The notes under the pieces were generated by a model. That model saw nothing but the letters and a program-made list of their open reading frames with translations. It did not search any database and had not been told where the DNA came from. Below are positions 26,890 to 36,744 of a DNA stretch of 64,000 bases, piece after piece. The stretch is from Acidobacteriota bacterium. Lineage in GTDB: Bacteria; Acidobacteriota; UBA6911. The position numbers and the translations under genes are program-made. The stretch's first letter is position 1. Each line of letters begins with the position of its first letter. The stretch lies in assembly GCA_963664705.1 (NCBI GenBank), contig OY761556.1:6496001-6560000 (forward strand), read 5' to 3'.

Positions 26890-29316
26890 ATGGCAGATCA
26901 GCCCTGGCAATGGCCCGTGCCCGAGTCCAGCGCCACTATTCAGAAGACCATGAGCCGCCAGGACGGCCACGACCGCGTCTCCGGACACGCGGCCTATACG
27001 CGCGATATCGCTTTCCCGGGGATGCTGCACGCAAAAATCCTCACCTCTCCCCACGCTCACGCAAAAATCGTCAAAATGGATACCAGCCGCGCCGAAGCGC
27101 TCGTCGGCGTGCGCGATATCCTGCGCTATGACGATCCCGCCATCGCCAAAGACGGCGGCGCCGGAACCGATACCGCCATGTATTACAGCATCCTGACTCT
27201 GCCCGGTACGAGCGACTTCTTCCAGCACCCGATGGGCGTCGCCGTCGTCGCCGACAGCGAGGAAATCTGCGACCGCGCCCTGCGCCTGATCCGGATAGAA
27301 TGGGAAGAGCAGCCGTTCATTCTCGATATGGAAACTTCCGCCAAGGCCGATGCGCCCAAAATCATGCCCGAAGTAAAGCGCATGACTTTCGGTCCCTCAA
27401 AAACCACCGGCAATGTCGTGATGACCGAAAAAAGGGAAATCGGCAGCGTGGAAAAAGGGTTCGCCGAGGCCGACAAGGTCCTCGAATACACCATCCAACG
27501 CGCCATGAACTCGCCGGCCGGCGTGGAACCGATGGCCTGCGTCGCCCAGTGGCGCAACGACTTCCTCGACCTGTGGGTCCACCACCAGGCCAATCCGCAA
27601 AGCAACCTCAGCGCGCAGCCGATGGCCATGTTCCCCGCCGGCTTCGGCATGAACAGCTCCGCGCCTCCCTTCACCCACTGGTCCAAGATCACCGTCCGCT
27701 TTCCCTACCAGGGATCCTGGTTCGGAGGCCTCGCCTGGCTCGCCTACTCCACCCTCTTCGTCCGCCTGGCCGTGATCCTCGCGAAGCGCGCCGACGGGAA
27801 ACCGGTGAAGGTCTATTACGACGAAAGCAGTTTCTACTGCGGCGGCGATGAAGCAGGGAAGTACACCTGCAAAGTAGGCGCCAGGAAAGACGGCACCATC
27901 ACCGCCTACCACTGGCATATGTCCGGCGCGCGCAACCCCGCCGTCGACAAGACCTACGAATGCACGCGCATCCCCAACATACTCGGAACCCAGGAATGGG
28001 CGTTCACCAACAGAGGCCACCAGGCCTGCTTCCGGCACGGCGCCGCCGCCTGCGTCCCGCACAACGTCATGTTCGACCGCGTGGCCGCCGAGTTCGGCCT
28101 CGATCCGACCGAAGTCGCGCTGAAGAACGACGGATGCCAGGGACATGACTGGGATTTCATCACACAGTACCAGAAAGAAAACGGCTTTCCGCAGCGGCAC
28201 AGCCTGAAGGAAGTCATCGCGATGGGCCGGAAGGCGATCGACTGGGATAGGAAATGGCATAAGCCCGGCACACGCAAACTGGACAACGGCAGATTCCACG
28301 GCCTCGGTTTCACCTCGATCAATGAATGGCACTGGGGCGCCGGCATGATGTCCTTCCCCTCCTACGCCTGCCTGATGTTCTGCGAAGGGAAAGTCACGAT
28401 CATCGGCACCCGCTGCGATATGGGCATCGATACCGAGTCCGGGTATCGACACTGCGTCGCCGCAGAGCTCGGCATGAAGTACGAAGACGTCCTCGTCCAG
28501 GAACAGCAGTCCGATAACAGCGCTTACAGCCTGGCCCAGCCCGCCGGCTCCGGCGGAACCGTCAACGCCGCGCAGCAGTTGGTCATCGCCGCCCGCGAAC
28601 TGAAACGTAAACTCCTCGAACGCGCCGCCATGCCCATGATGGGGTTTCCTATGATGGGCGGAGCTTCCAGTCAGCCTTCGAAAAAGCCGGAAGACTTCGA
28701 GATCAAAGACAGCATGGTGTTCGAAAAAGCCAATCCTGAGAAGCAACGGCCGTTGGCCCAGGTGGTCGGAGGCTTTGGAGGGTTCGGCGGCAACGCCATC
28801 ATCGTTCACCCCGAAGCCAATGGTTCCATGGGCATGTTTTCATTCGGATCCATGGGGCAACGACAGTATGTCATGAGCCGGCAAGCCCACTTCATCGAGG
28901 TCGAAGTCGACGCCGAGACCGGGCTGGTGCTCGTAACTAATATCGTTTGCGTCAACGATGTCGGCCACCTCTTCAACCGGCGCGGCGCCGAAGGACAACA
29001 GTATGGCGGCGCCATCATGGGAATCGGAAAGAGTGCCACGGAAGAAAAAATCTATTGCCCGAAAACCGGCGTCGGGTTGAACCTGGATCACATTCACTAT
29101 CACATCGGGACGATGAATGATTATCCTGCGGTCGAATGCCTCCTGAATGAAAGCCATCTCGGGTACGGGGTCTATGGATCCAACGGGATCGGTGAAAATA
29201 TCGGGGCCAGCATGGCGGCGATTACGTCTTCGGCTGTCTATAATGCGATAGGAAAGTGGATCGAGGAATATCCCATTACACCCGATAAGGTTCTGCGCGC
29301 CATGGGTACGATATAG
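26890..29316 (+). CDS. Xanthine dehydrogenase/aldehyde oxidoreductase-family molybdopterin-binding subunit
   Basis: 'RQDGHDRVSGHAAYTRDI..PGMLHAKILTSPHAHAKI', 'EVEVDAETG', 'NDVGH', 'GIGE', 'PITPDKVL'. Confidence 0.92.
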   Translation: MADQPWQWPVPESSATIQKTMSRQDGHDRVSGHAAYTRDIAFPGMLHAKILTSPHAHAKIVKMDTSRAEALVGVRDILRYDDPAIAKDGGAGTDTAMYYSILTLPGTSDFFQHPMGVAVVADSEEICDRALRLIRIEWEEQPFILDMETSAKADAPKIMPEVKRMTFGPSKTTGNVVMTEKREIGSVEKGFAEADKVLEYTIQRAMNSPAGVEPMACVAQWRNDFLDLWVHHQANPQSNLSAQPMAMFPAGFGMNSSAPPFTHWSKITVRFPYQGSWFGGLAWLAYSTLFVRLAVILAKRADGKPVKVYYDESSFYCGGDEAGKYTCKVGARKDGTITAYHWHMSGARNPAVDKTYECTRIPNILGTQEWAFTNRGHQACFRHGAAACVPHNVMFDRVAAEFGLDPTEVALKNDGCQGHDWDFITQYQKENGFPQRHSLKEVIAMGRKAIDWDRKWHKPGTRKLDNGRFHGLGFTSINEWHWGAGMMSFPSYACLMFCEGKVTIIGTRCDMGIDTESGYRHCVAAELGMKYEDVLVQEQQSDNSAYSLAQPAGSGGTVNAAQQLVIAARELKRKLLERAAMPMMGFPMMGGASSQPSKKPEDFEIKDSMVFEKANPEKQRPLAQVVGGFGGFGGNAIIVHPEANGSMGMFSFGSMGQRQYVMSRQAHFIEVEVDAETGLVLVTNIVCVNDVGHLFNRRGAEGQQYGGAIMGIGKSATEEKIYCPKTGVGLNLDHIHYHIGTMNDYPAVECLLNESHLGYGVYGSNGIGENIGASMAAITSSAVYNAIGKWIEEYPITPDKVLRAMGTI

Positions 29317-29329
29317 ATACCAGGACCTC

Positions 29330-29855
29330 ATGGTTCGTGGAATTCGTGGAATTTGTGGCAGATTTGCAGCTGATTTTTTTGCCACGAATCTCACGAATTG
29401 CACGAAAGCTTCCCGTTTAGCCCTGCGAGATGGGAAGACGTATCGTAAACGTGGTTCCTTTCGCCGAGCTTGCAACCTCGATCTTTCCACCGGCACGCGC
29501 CACGATGGTTCGTGGAATTCGTGGAATTTGAGGCGGATTTGCAGCTGATTTTTTTTGCCACGAATTTCACGAATTGCACGAAACTTCCCGCTTAACCCTG
29601 CGAGATGGGAAGACGTATCGTAAAGGTGGTTCCTTTCGTCGAGCTCGCGACCTCGATCTTTCCGCCGGCACGCGCCACGATAGTTCGTGGAATTCGTGGA
29701 ATTTGTGGCGGATTTGCAGCTGATTTTTTTGCCACGAATTTCACGAATTGCACGAAGCTTCCCGTTTAGCTCTGCGAGATGGGAAGACGTATCGTAAAGG
29801 TGGTTCCTTTCGTCGAGCTTGCGACCTCGATCTTTCCGCCGGCACGCGCCACGAT
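29330..29855. repeat. Three ~175-bp tandem units, each a 9-mer inverted-repeat element plus the last 30 codons (incl. stop) of the histidine kinase gene
   Basis: Units start at 29330, 29505 and 29680; gene-end copies at 29417-29506, 29592-29681 and 29766-29855 (the last is the real gene end). Confidence 0.95.
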
Positions 29856-31742
29856 GCCATGAACAATCGACAGCCCCAGCCCCGTCCCTTTCCCGACCTT
29901 CTTGGTCGTGAAGAAAGGTTCGAAGATGAGCGGCAGGATGTCGTCCGGAATCCCTTTCCCTGTGTCGCTGATTCCAATCAGAATCTCCGAGGTCTTCTCG
30001 ACCCGGGACGTCTCGATCGTGAGAACTCCGCTCTCCTCCATCGCGTCGGCCGCATTAATAAAGATATTGATGACGACCTGCTGCAGCTGTCCCGCGTCGA
30101 TCAGCACGGGTGGCAGGCTGGGCGCGAAGCGCCGCACCGTCCGGATATTCTGAAAACTTGCCTGGTTTTCCAACAGCAGCAGCGTTTTGTCGATCACCGA
30201 ATTCACTTCGGTCAGCGATGGCGCTGAATTGGTTTGCCGCGCAAAATCGAGCAGCCCTTTCACGGTTTCGCGGCAGCGCAGCGTCTGTTTAACGATGACC
30301 TCCAGGCTCTGCTTCATCGGGTGGTCCGCATCGCAATCCTCGAGCGCGAGCATGCTGAACGTCAGGATCCCTCCGAGCGGATTGTTGATCTCGTGCGCGA
30401 CTCCCGCGGCCAGGCGGCCGATGGAGGCCAGCTTCTCCGACTGCGCCATCTGCGTTTGGACGGCGACGAGTTCCTCGGTGCGCTTGTTCACCTTTTCCTC
30501 GAGCGTGCGCCCCCACTCCTCGAGTTCCAGCTTCATGGTTTTGATGCTGGCTAGCATCTTGTTGAACGAGTTGGCGAGAATCCCGATCTCATCCCTGGAT
30601 GAAACGCTGACCGACTGGTCCAGGTCTCCGGCCGCAATCCGGTTGCTGGCCCGGGCAATCTCTTCGAGCGGCAGGATCATGCTGCGCGTGATGAAGAAGG
30701 TAATCCCCAGCACCACCAGGACACCCGCGCCGGCGACCAGCAGGAAGGTCACCATCATGGAGGTTCGGACGGCCAGGAATGGACTCTCCGGTACCCCGAC
30801 GTACAGGATGCCGACAATCCGGTTCGCATGGTTGCGAATCGGCTCATAGGCCGTGAGGTGCCAGCTGCCTCCGATGTTTCCGCGGCTGAAAAACCGGCTC
30901 CCCTGCGCGAGAACCGCATCCGGGATTTCCGACGGCACACGCGTTCCAAGTTCGTGACCCGAAGCGCCGGTCGCGCTCGTGGCAATCCGCACCTCTCCCA
31001 TGAAAATGGAAACGGTCTCCGTCGAGCTGCTGTCATTTTCCTTGGCCCCGAAAACGAACTCATTGATCTGGTTGACCAGGTCGTCGTTCCGGTTCAGCAG
31101 AATCCCGCCATAGAGGACGCCGGCGATCCCTCGATCCGTACGCACAGGGGCTGACGCCACCAGTACCATGCCCTGGTCTACCAGGGCTTGAGATCTGCCC
31201 GCCCCGGGCACCGGCGCCAGCTTGATCTGCGCTTTCTCGGCCAGCACTGGATCCTCCTGGAGCAGCGCTTCCCGGCTGAACAGCTCGGTGCCCGCCAGGA
31301 CCCTGCCGGATTCGGCCTCGTTGATGTAGTCCGCCATGGGAATGGCCGCTTTGCCTGCCTGTTCCAGTTGCGGACGCGAGGCGCGCGCAACCGTCCCATC
31401 CCGCGACTCGATGAAGGTCAGGAAATGGAGGTTGTTGTTGTCGCGAACGCGCGCGAGAACCGACGGAAAGCTGTCCCTCTGGTTTGCGCGCAGCGCAATG
31501 GCCAGTTGTTCCGTCTCGGCCGCGCTCACAATCGATTTGCGGATTGTTTCCAGCCGGTTGTCGTAGACCATGTCCGCCGCCTGCAGGCCGCGGTGGATCT
31601 GCTTGAGCGCTTCATTGAGCATCGCCCGCGTGATGATCTTCGAGCCCAGGAAGGTGGAGATGGCGGTCCCGCAGATCACAATCATGACAAAGCTGACCGT
31701 GACCTTGGTGCGAAGCGAAAAGTCTCGAAGGAAGCTGAACAT
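29766..31742 (-). CDS. Membrane sensor histidine kinase (Cache-HAMP-HisKA-HATPase, NtrB-like)
   Basis: Two TMs, HAMP 'DEIGILANSFNKM', H-box 'AGVAHEINNPL', G-boxes 'DTGKGI' and 'GKGTGLGL'. Confidence 0.95.
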   Translation of the reverse strand: MFSFLRDFSLRTKVTVSFVMIVICGTAISTFLGSKIITRAMLNEALKQIHRGLQAADMVYDNRLETIRKSIVSAAETEQLAIALRANQRDSFPSVLARVRDNNNLHFLTFIESRDGTVARASRPQLEQAGKAAIPMADYINEAESGRVLAGTELFSREALLQEDPVLAEKAQIKLAPVPGAGRSQALVDQGMVLVASAPVRTDRGIAGVLYGGILLNRNDDLVNQINEFVFGAKENDSSSTETVSIFMGEVRIATSATGASGHELGTRVPSEIPDAVLAQGSRFFSRGNIGGSWHLTAYEPIRNHANRIVGILYVGVPESPFLAVRTSMMVTFLLVAGAGVLVVLGITFFITRSMILPLEEIARASNRIAAGDLDQSVSVSSRDEIGILANSFNKMLASIKTMKLELEEWGRTLEEKVNKRTEELVAVQTQMAQSEKLASIGRLAAGVAHEINNPLGGILTFSMLALEDCDADHPMKQSLEVIVKQTLRCRETVKGLLDFARQTNSAPSLTEVNSVIDKTLLLLENQASFQNIRTVRRFAPSLPPVLIDAGQLQQVVINIFINAADAMEESGVLTIETSRVEKTSEILIGISDTGKGIPDDILPLIFEPFFTTKKVGKGTGLGLSIVHGIVARAGGKIEVASSTKGTTFTIRLPISQS

Positions 31743-31809
31743 GCGTTCCCAGGTTCAGGTTGCAATGCGGGTTAAAGGTTTGCGGTTTCAGGCTTGCGCC
31801 TGGAACCGC

Positions 31810-32922
31810 TCAAGCTTTGGTTGCCGCAATCGGCAGTTTCACGGTGAAGACCGTCGATTCGCCTTCGGTGCTTTCGACCGTGATCGACCCGCCCAGTTCA
31901 TCCGTGATTTTCCTGCAGATGACCAGGCCGAGGCCGGTGCCCGGAATGTCTTCCGTCGCCGGAGACTTGATGCGATAAAACTCTTCAAACAGGTTTGGCC
32001 GGAGATGCGCCGGGATGCCAATCCCCGTGTCCTTCACTTCCACGATAACCCAGGGATTATCAACCCTGGCGCTGACCTCGACCTTGCCCCCCGGCTTGTT
32101 GTATTTGACGGCATTGCTGACCAGGTTCCCGATCAGCATCCCCAGGGTCGTCGCATCTCCGCGGACGGGCGGCAGCCCGGCGGCAATGTCGGTCAGGAAC
32201 TGCACCTGCGCAGACGGGAGCGTGCGATGCTCCTGCACAATGCCGTCCACAATGCGCCGGAGGTCGGCGGATTCGCCGCGATTGCAGAGCGCACCCCGCT
32301 CCAGCTTCGCCAGCGTCAGCCAGTCCTGGATCAGCGCGATCATTTCGCCGGTCCGGGTCTGCGAGCGGGTGATCCATTCCAGCGCCTCTGCCGGCAATTG
32401 ATCGCGGGAGGAATAGAGGAGCACATCCAGGTATTGCTTGACTGCGCCCAGGGGTCCCTTCAACTGGTGCGACACCAGGGTGACGAACCGCCGCTCCGCC
32501 TCTTCTTTCTGCCGGCGCAGCAGCTTGGTTTCCTGCGCCAGGCGCCAGCGTTCGCAGCCGCGGTCGATGATCAGGCGGAGTTCATTCGGGGTAAAGGGCT
32601 TGGGAAGGAAATCGTAAGCCCCCATCTTCATGGCATCGACGGCCGTCTCAATCGTGGCGTACCCGGTGATGACCACGATCACAACCTCCGGATCGATCTT
32701 GCGGACGATCTTGATGACCTCGAACCCGTCCAGCTCCGGCATTTTGATGTCGACCACGAGCAGGGGCGGCCGGATCTGCTTCAGGCGCTCGATCCCTTCG
32801 TGCCCGTTGGCAAAGGTTTCGACCTTATACCCGGATTTCTGCAGGATCTGTTCGCACGAGAGGCGGATTATCTCGTCATCATCGATGACAATGATCACGT
32901 TGTCTTGGGCGGAATTCGACAT
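31810..32922 (-). CDS. Hybrid response regulator (REC) - histidine kinase
   Basis: REC 'VIDDD...DIKMP...ITGY...KPF'; H-box 'VSHQLKGPL'; 'NAVKY', 'GTGLGL'. Confidence 0.93.
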   Translation of the reverse strand: MSNSAQDNVIIVIDDDEIIRLSCEQILQKSGYKVETFANGHEGIERLKQIRPPLLVVDIKMPELDGFEVIKIVRKIDPEVVIVVITGYATIETAVDAMKMGAYDFLPKPFTPNELRLIIDRGCERWRLAQETKLLRRQKEEAERRFVTLVSHQLKGPLGAVKQYLDVLLYSSRDQLPAEALEWITRSQTRTGEMIALIQDWLTLAKLERGALCNRGESADLRRIVDGIVQEHRTLPSAQVQFLTDIAAGLPPVRGDATTLGMLIGNLVSNAVKYNKPGGKVEVSARVDNPWVIVEVKDTGIGIPAHLRPNLFEEFYRIKSPATEDIPGTGLGLVICRKITDELGGSITVESTEGESTVFTVKLPIAATKA

Positions 32923-33114
32923 AGTCCCACCAGGGTGGTCCCGGGAATTAATCCAAATAATTGCGTTTCATGAAGATTGCTTGATCCCCGCTTTCCGCGG
33001 CACGGTATCAATAAAACGCAAAACCCCTGTCGAGTCAAGTTTTCCTTGGGCAGCAAAAATGGATTGCAGCGGCGGGCACCTTTCCTGCTATCCTGTCGAC
33101 AGCGAGGTATGGAA

Positions 33115-33423
33115 ATGGCTCAGAAGAAAAGCAGCAACATTATAATAGAGTGCCCCTGTTGCGGGGCGAACCTCACCATCGATTCGACGCTGGGCAAGGT
33201 GGTGAGCCATGAAGCGCCTCCGCCGAAACGCAGCGGCCTGGATTTGGACCATGCCGCGGCGCTTTTGAGAGAGCAGGCTGCGAAGCGCGAGGCGATTTTC
33301 AACCAGAGCAGCGCGGATGTGAAGATCCAGTCCCAGCTCCTCGAACGCAAGTTCGAAGAAGCCCTGGAAAAGAGCAAGAACACTCCCATCAGCAAACCGA
33401 CCCGCGACATCGACCTGGATTAG
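33115..33423 (+). CDS. Hypothetical protein with N-terminal Cys motif and coiled coil
   Basis: GAGG RBS; 'IECPCCGANLTID...' ending 'PTRDIDLD'. Confidence 0.7.
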   Translation: MAQKKSSNIIIECPCCGANLTIDSTLGKVVSHEAPPPKRSGLDLDHAAALLREQAAKREAIFNQSSADVKIQSQLLERKFEEALEKSKNTPISKPTRDIDLD

Positions 33424-33491
33424 CCGAATTCCTGGAATTTGTGGCAGAAGCATAGCTCCTTTTTCTGCCACTAATTCCACGGATTGTACGG
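33424..33491. repeat. 9-mer-type inverted-repeat element (same family as 29330 and 48518)
   Basis: ...GAATTCCTGGAATTTGTGGCAGAA...TTCTGCCACTAATTCCACGGATTGTACGG immediately after the stop codon. Confidence 0.7.
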
Positions 33492-33582
33492 CCCGCCTGC
33501 CTCTCCCGGTACTTGCCTCTCTAGTAAAAATTGATTAGAGTAATGGTTTTCATTAACAGCTGAATGCTCTGGAGGGGAGATC

Positions 33583-33819
33583 GTGGGAGATACTGACCGC
33601 GGCGATGTGGAAATCGCCAGCCATTTATGCAAGGGATGCGGCTTGTGTATCGCGGCATGTCCTGCCGGAGTTCTGATCCAAGGCACTGCTTTGAACCGCC
33701 AGGGGTATTACGCAGTTACCTATAAAGGGTCGGGATGCACCGGCTGCGGCATCTGCTTTTATGTTTGCCCGGAGCCCGGTGCCATTGCGGTCCGCGTGCG
33801 CAAAGTGAAAAAAGGATAA
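33583..33819 (+). CDS. 2x[4Fe-4S] ferredoxin subunit of 2-oxoacid:ferredoxin oxidoreductase
   Basis: [12 protein letters not shown] and [12 protein letters not shown]. Confidence 0.92.
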   Translation: MGDTDRGDVEIASHLCKGCGLCIAACPAGVLIQGTALNRQGYYAVTYKGSGCTGCGICFYVCPEPGAIAVRVRKVKKG

Positions 33820-33834
33820 GTTGGGAGGCAGTGG

Positions 33835-34899
33835 ATGCGTCATTTGCTTAAAGGAAACGATGCGGTTGTCCGGGGGGCCATTGCGGCCGGGTGTAAAGCC
33901 TATTTCGGCTATCCGATTACCCCTGCCAGTGAAATCGCGGAACAGGCATCGGTTTTACTTCCGGACTCCGGGGGCGTGTTTATCCCGGCCGAAAGTGAAA
34001 TCGGCGCTATTCAAATGATGTTCGGTGCTGCTTCTGCCGGTGTCCGGTCCATGACGGCGTCTTCCGGGCCCGGAATCAGCCTGATGCAGGAAGGTGTTTC
34101 CTACATGGCCGGGGCCTCGCTTCCCGGTGTCATCGTGGACGTTACGCGCGCGGGTCCCGGCCTGGGAAACCTCGGCGTGGAGCAGTCCGATTACCTGCAG
34201 CTGGTCAAAGGCGGCGGACACGGCAGCTATCATACGCCGGTCTTTGCCCCCAACAGCGTTCAGGAAATGTGCGATCTGACGATCCATGCGTTCGATGTGG
34301 CCGATCGCTACCGCACACCGGTTTACGTTCTTGCCGACGGCGCCCTCGGGCAGATGATGGAGCCGATCGAAATTCCTGACAGCGCGCCGGCAGAGCCGGA
34401 GAAGCCCTGGGCCGTGGTGGGGAATGCCGAAACCCGGAAGAACCTGATCACTTCCATCTACCTGGAGCATGCACGCCAGGAAATCCTCATCACCGAGCTG
34501 GAAGAGCGGTATGCGGAAATGGAAAAGAAGGAAGTCCTGTCGCAGGAGTACGCGACGGAAGATGCCCAGGTGCTGATAGTCGCCTATGGAATCAGCAGCC
34601 GGATTGCGCATGCCGCCGTTGAAATTGCCCGGGAAAGCGGATCCAAGGTCGGGCTGCTTCGGCCCATCAGCCTGTATCCATTCCCATCGACCCGGCTGCG
34701 TCAACTGGCAGGAAAAGCTTTTTCAATTCTCGTATTGGAACTCAGCAGCGGACAGCTGATTGAAGATGTCAAACTGCACGTCGGAGGAATCACTCCGGTG
34801 CAACTGCTCCGACGCACCGGCGGGATGATGCCGACGGCTGAGGATGTAGTGCAGGCGATCAAAAAAATGGAGAAAGAGTGTGTGGGAAATATCGCATAG
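33835..34899 (+). CDS. vorB: 2-oxoacid:ferredoxin oxidoreductase alpha subunit (VorB-like)
   Basis: 'GYPITPASE', 'AESEI', 'TASSGPGISL', 'RAGPGLGNL', 'GGGHG'. Confidence 0.88.
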   Translation: MRHLLKGNDAVVRGAIAAGCKAYFGYPITPASEIAEQASVLLPDSGGVFIPAESEIGAIQMMFGAASAGVRSMTASSGPGISLMQEGVSYMAGASLPGVIVDVTRAGPGLGNLGVEQSDYLQLVKGGGHGSYHTPVFAPNSVQEMCDLTIHAFDVADRYRTPVYVLADGALGQMMEPIEIPDSAPAEPEKPWAVVGNAETRKNLITSIYLEHARQEILITELEERYAEMEKKEVLSQEYATEDAQVLIVAYGISSRIAHAAVEIARESGSKVGLLRPISLYPFPSTRLRQLAGKAFSILVLELSSGQLIEDVKLHVGGITPVQLLRRTGGMMPTAEDVVQAIKKMEKECVGNIA

Positions 34900-36298
34900 A
34901 AGACCTGCTACATTTTATGACCGGTTCGAGCGCAAGGGCGGCGATACGGAAATAACGCACTACTGCCCCGGGTGCGGACACGGCGTTCTGCATAAGATGA
35001 TCGCCGAAACCATTGAAGAATTCGGAATTCAGGATCGATCGATCCTGGTCAACCCGGTGGGATGTGCCGTGTTCATGTACTACTACATGGACGTCGGCAA
35101 TATCCAGGCGTCTCATGGCAGGGCCCCGGCCGTTGCCACGGGCGTCAAACGGGTGCGACCCGATGCCATCGTCTTTGCCTACCAGGGGGATGGCGACCTG
35201 GCGGCGATCGGCGGCAATGAAATTCTGCACGCTGCGAACCGCGGGGAACCGATCACCGTCTTTTTCGTGAACAATGGCATTTACGGGATGACCGGCGGAC
35301 AGATGGCGCCGACGACTCCTCTGGGGGAAAGAACGACCACCTCGCCCCGGGGCCGATCCTTTGGAGTTGAAGGCCCGCCCATGCGCATGTGCGAGCTGCT
35401 GGCGACCCTGGATGGCCCGGCCTACATTGAACGCGTGGCGCTGACCGATCCCAAGAACCATATGAAGGCGCGGAAGGCCGTCCGCAAGGCTTTCCAAAAT
35501 CAGATCGAAGGACGCGGGTTTTCCTTTGTTGAAGTGCTGGCCGCGTGCCCGAGCGGATGGAAGTGCTCGCCCGTGGAAGCTATTCACTGGGTGGAAAAGC
35601 ATATGTACCCGACGTTCCCGGTCAACGTATTCCGGGATATCGACCACAAGGCCGACTTCAGCGCGCAGCCGCATAGGAAATTGCCGGTCACCAAACAGGC
35701 CGGTGCCGTAGAAGAGCCGCCGGCTCCGCCGATACTCGGCGCGGTTGCCGGGGGAAAGCTGAAGGATGTTTCCTTGACGTTGAGCGGGTTCGGCGGGCAG
35801 GGCGTGCTGTTTACCGGGCTGGCCCTGGCCGAAGGCGCCGTGAGAGAAGGGCTCGAAGTGACCTGGATCCCGTCCTACGGACCGGAGATGCGGGGCGGTA
35901 CGGCCCATTGCCACGTGCGTCTGTCGAAGCATTCCATCGCCTCGCCCTGGATCAGCCGTCCCTCCAGCCTGATGGCATTCAATCAGCCGTCCATCGAGAA
36001 GTTTGCGCACGAGCTTCTTCCCGGCGGGCTGCTGTTCGTGAATTCGTCCATGGTCCAGGATCTTCCCGATCGCTCCGACATCCGTGTCCTTCGCATTCCT
36101 GCTACGGAAGCGGCCTCGGAAATGGGCAATACCAAGGCCGCCAACATGATCATGCTGGGGGCATACCTGGAAGTGACGCGCGCCGTGGAGCAGGAGTCGA
36201 TTCTGGCCGCGTTCGCCGAGCATGGCATCAAACCGAACATGCTGCAAAGCAACCGCGACGCGATCGAGCGCGGCCGAAAGCTTGCAAGCCAGTCGTAA
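34880..36298 (+). CDS. 2-oxoacid:ferredoxin oxidoreductase fused beta (TPP-binding) + gamma subunit
   Basis: 'HYCPGCGHG', 'PVGC', 'QGDGDLAAIG...NN', followed by gamma domain 'GFGGQG...PSYGPEMRGG'. Confidence 0.9.
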   Translation: MWEISHRRPATFYDRFERKGGDTEITHYCPGCGHGVLHKMIAETIEEFGIQDRSILVNPVGCAVFMYYYMDVGNIQASHGRAPAVATGVKRVRPDAIVFAYQGDGDLAAIGGNEILHAANRGEPITVFFVNNGIYGMTGGQMAPTTPLGERTTTSPRGRSFGVEGPPMRMCELLATLDGPAYIERVALTDPKNHMKARKAVRKAFQNQIEGRGFSFVEVLAACPSGWKCSPVEAIHWVEKHMYPTFPVNVFRDIDHKADFSAQPHRKLPVTKQAGAVEEPPAPPILGAVAGGKLKDVSLTLSGFGGQGVLFTGLALAEGAVREGLEVTWIPSYGPEMRGGTAHCHVRLSKHSIASPWISRPSSLMAFNQPSIEKFAHELLPGGLLFVNSSMVQDLPDRSDIRVLRIPATEAASEMGNTKAANMIMLGAYLEVTRAVEQESILAAFAEHGIKPNMLQSNRDAIERGRKLASQS

Positions 36299-36569
36299 CC
36301 GTTGAGGGTTCGGAGGGGCGGCTGAAAGCCGATCTTTCACCCCTGCCGGGGCTCATTCTCGCGCTTATCTCTACCAGGGGTTCGCTGCGCTCACCCCTGG
36401 CTATTTTCTGACCGCCCCTGCCGGGGCTGATATGATTGCGATTCCAGGTTCCCTGGGCAAATAGTATGCCCTTCCGGGGCTGATTTGATTGCGAAATAGT
36501 ATGTAGCATCAACCGAAATAGCGGTGCTTCCAGTGCGCACTGCCAAAAAAAGGTCGTAACCGTTGAGGG
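36292..36569. repeat. REP-type element bracketed by 17-bp direct repeats that contain the upstream stop codon
   Basis: GTCGTAACCGTTGAGGG at 36292 and 36553; internal CCAGGGGTTCGCTGCGCTCACCCCTGG and CCCCTGCCGGGGC hairpins shared with the elements at 55159 and 60938. Confidence 0.8.
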
Positions 36570-36744
36570 GTGCGGGTGAAATCATCCTCCGCACCCCGGA
36601 ATCCCAACTAAAGTGTTAATACCCTCTCCCGTTCCGCACCGCAGAAATCGCTGGCCTGGACCTGCCAATTGCTCTAAAATGAGGGGTACTTCACACACAA
36701 ACGAGTGTCTGAAATATCTGGGGATTTTTCTACAAGGTGAAAGC

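Noticed and set aside
29330-29855. CRISPR array or DGR template/variable repeat
   Set aside because: The 'spacers' are near-identical to each other, the differences are not adenine-specific, and no cas or reverse transcriptase gene is in the window.
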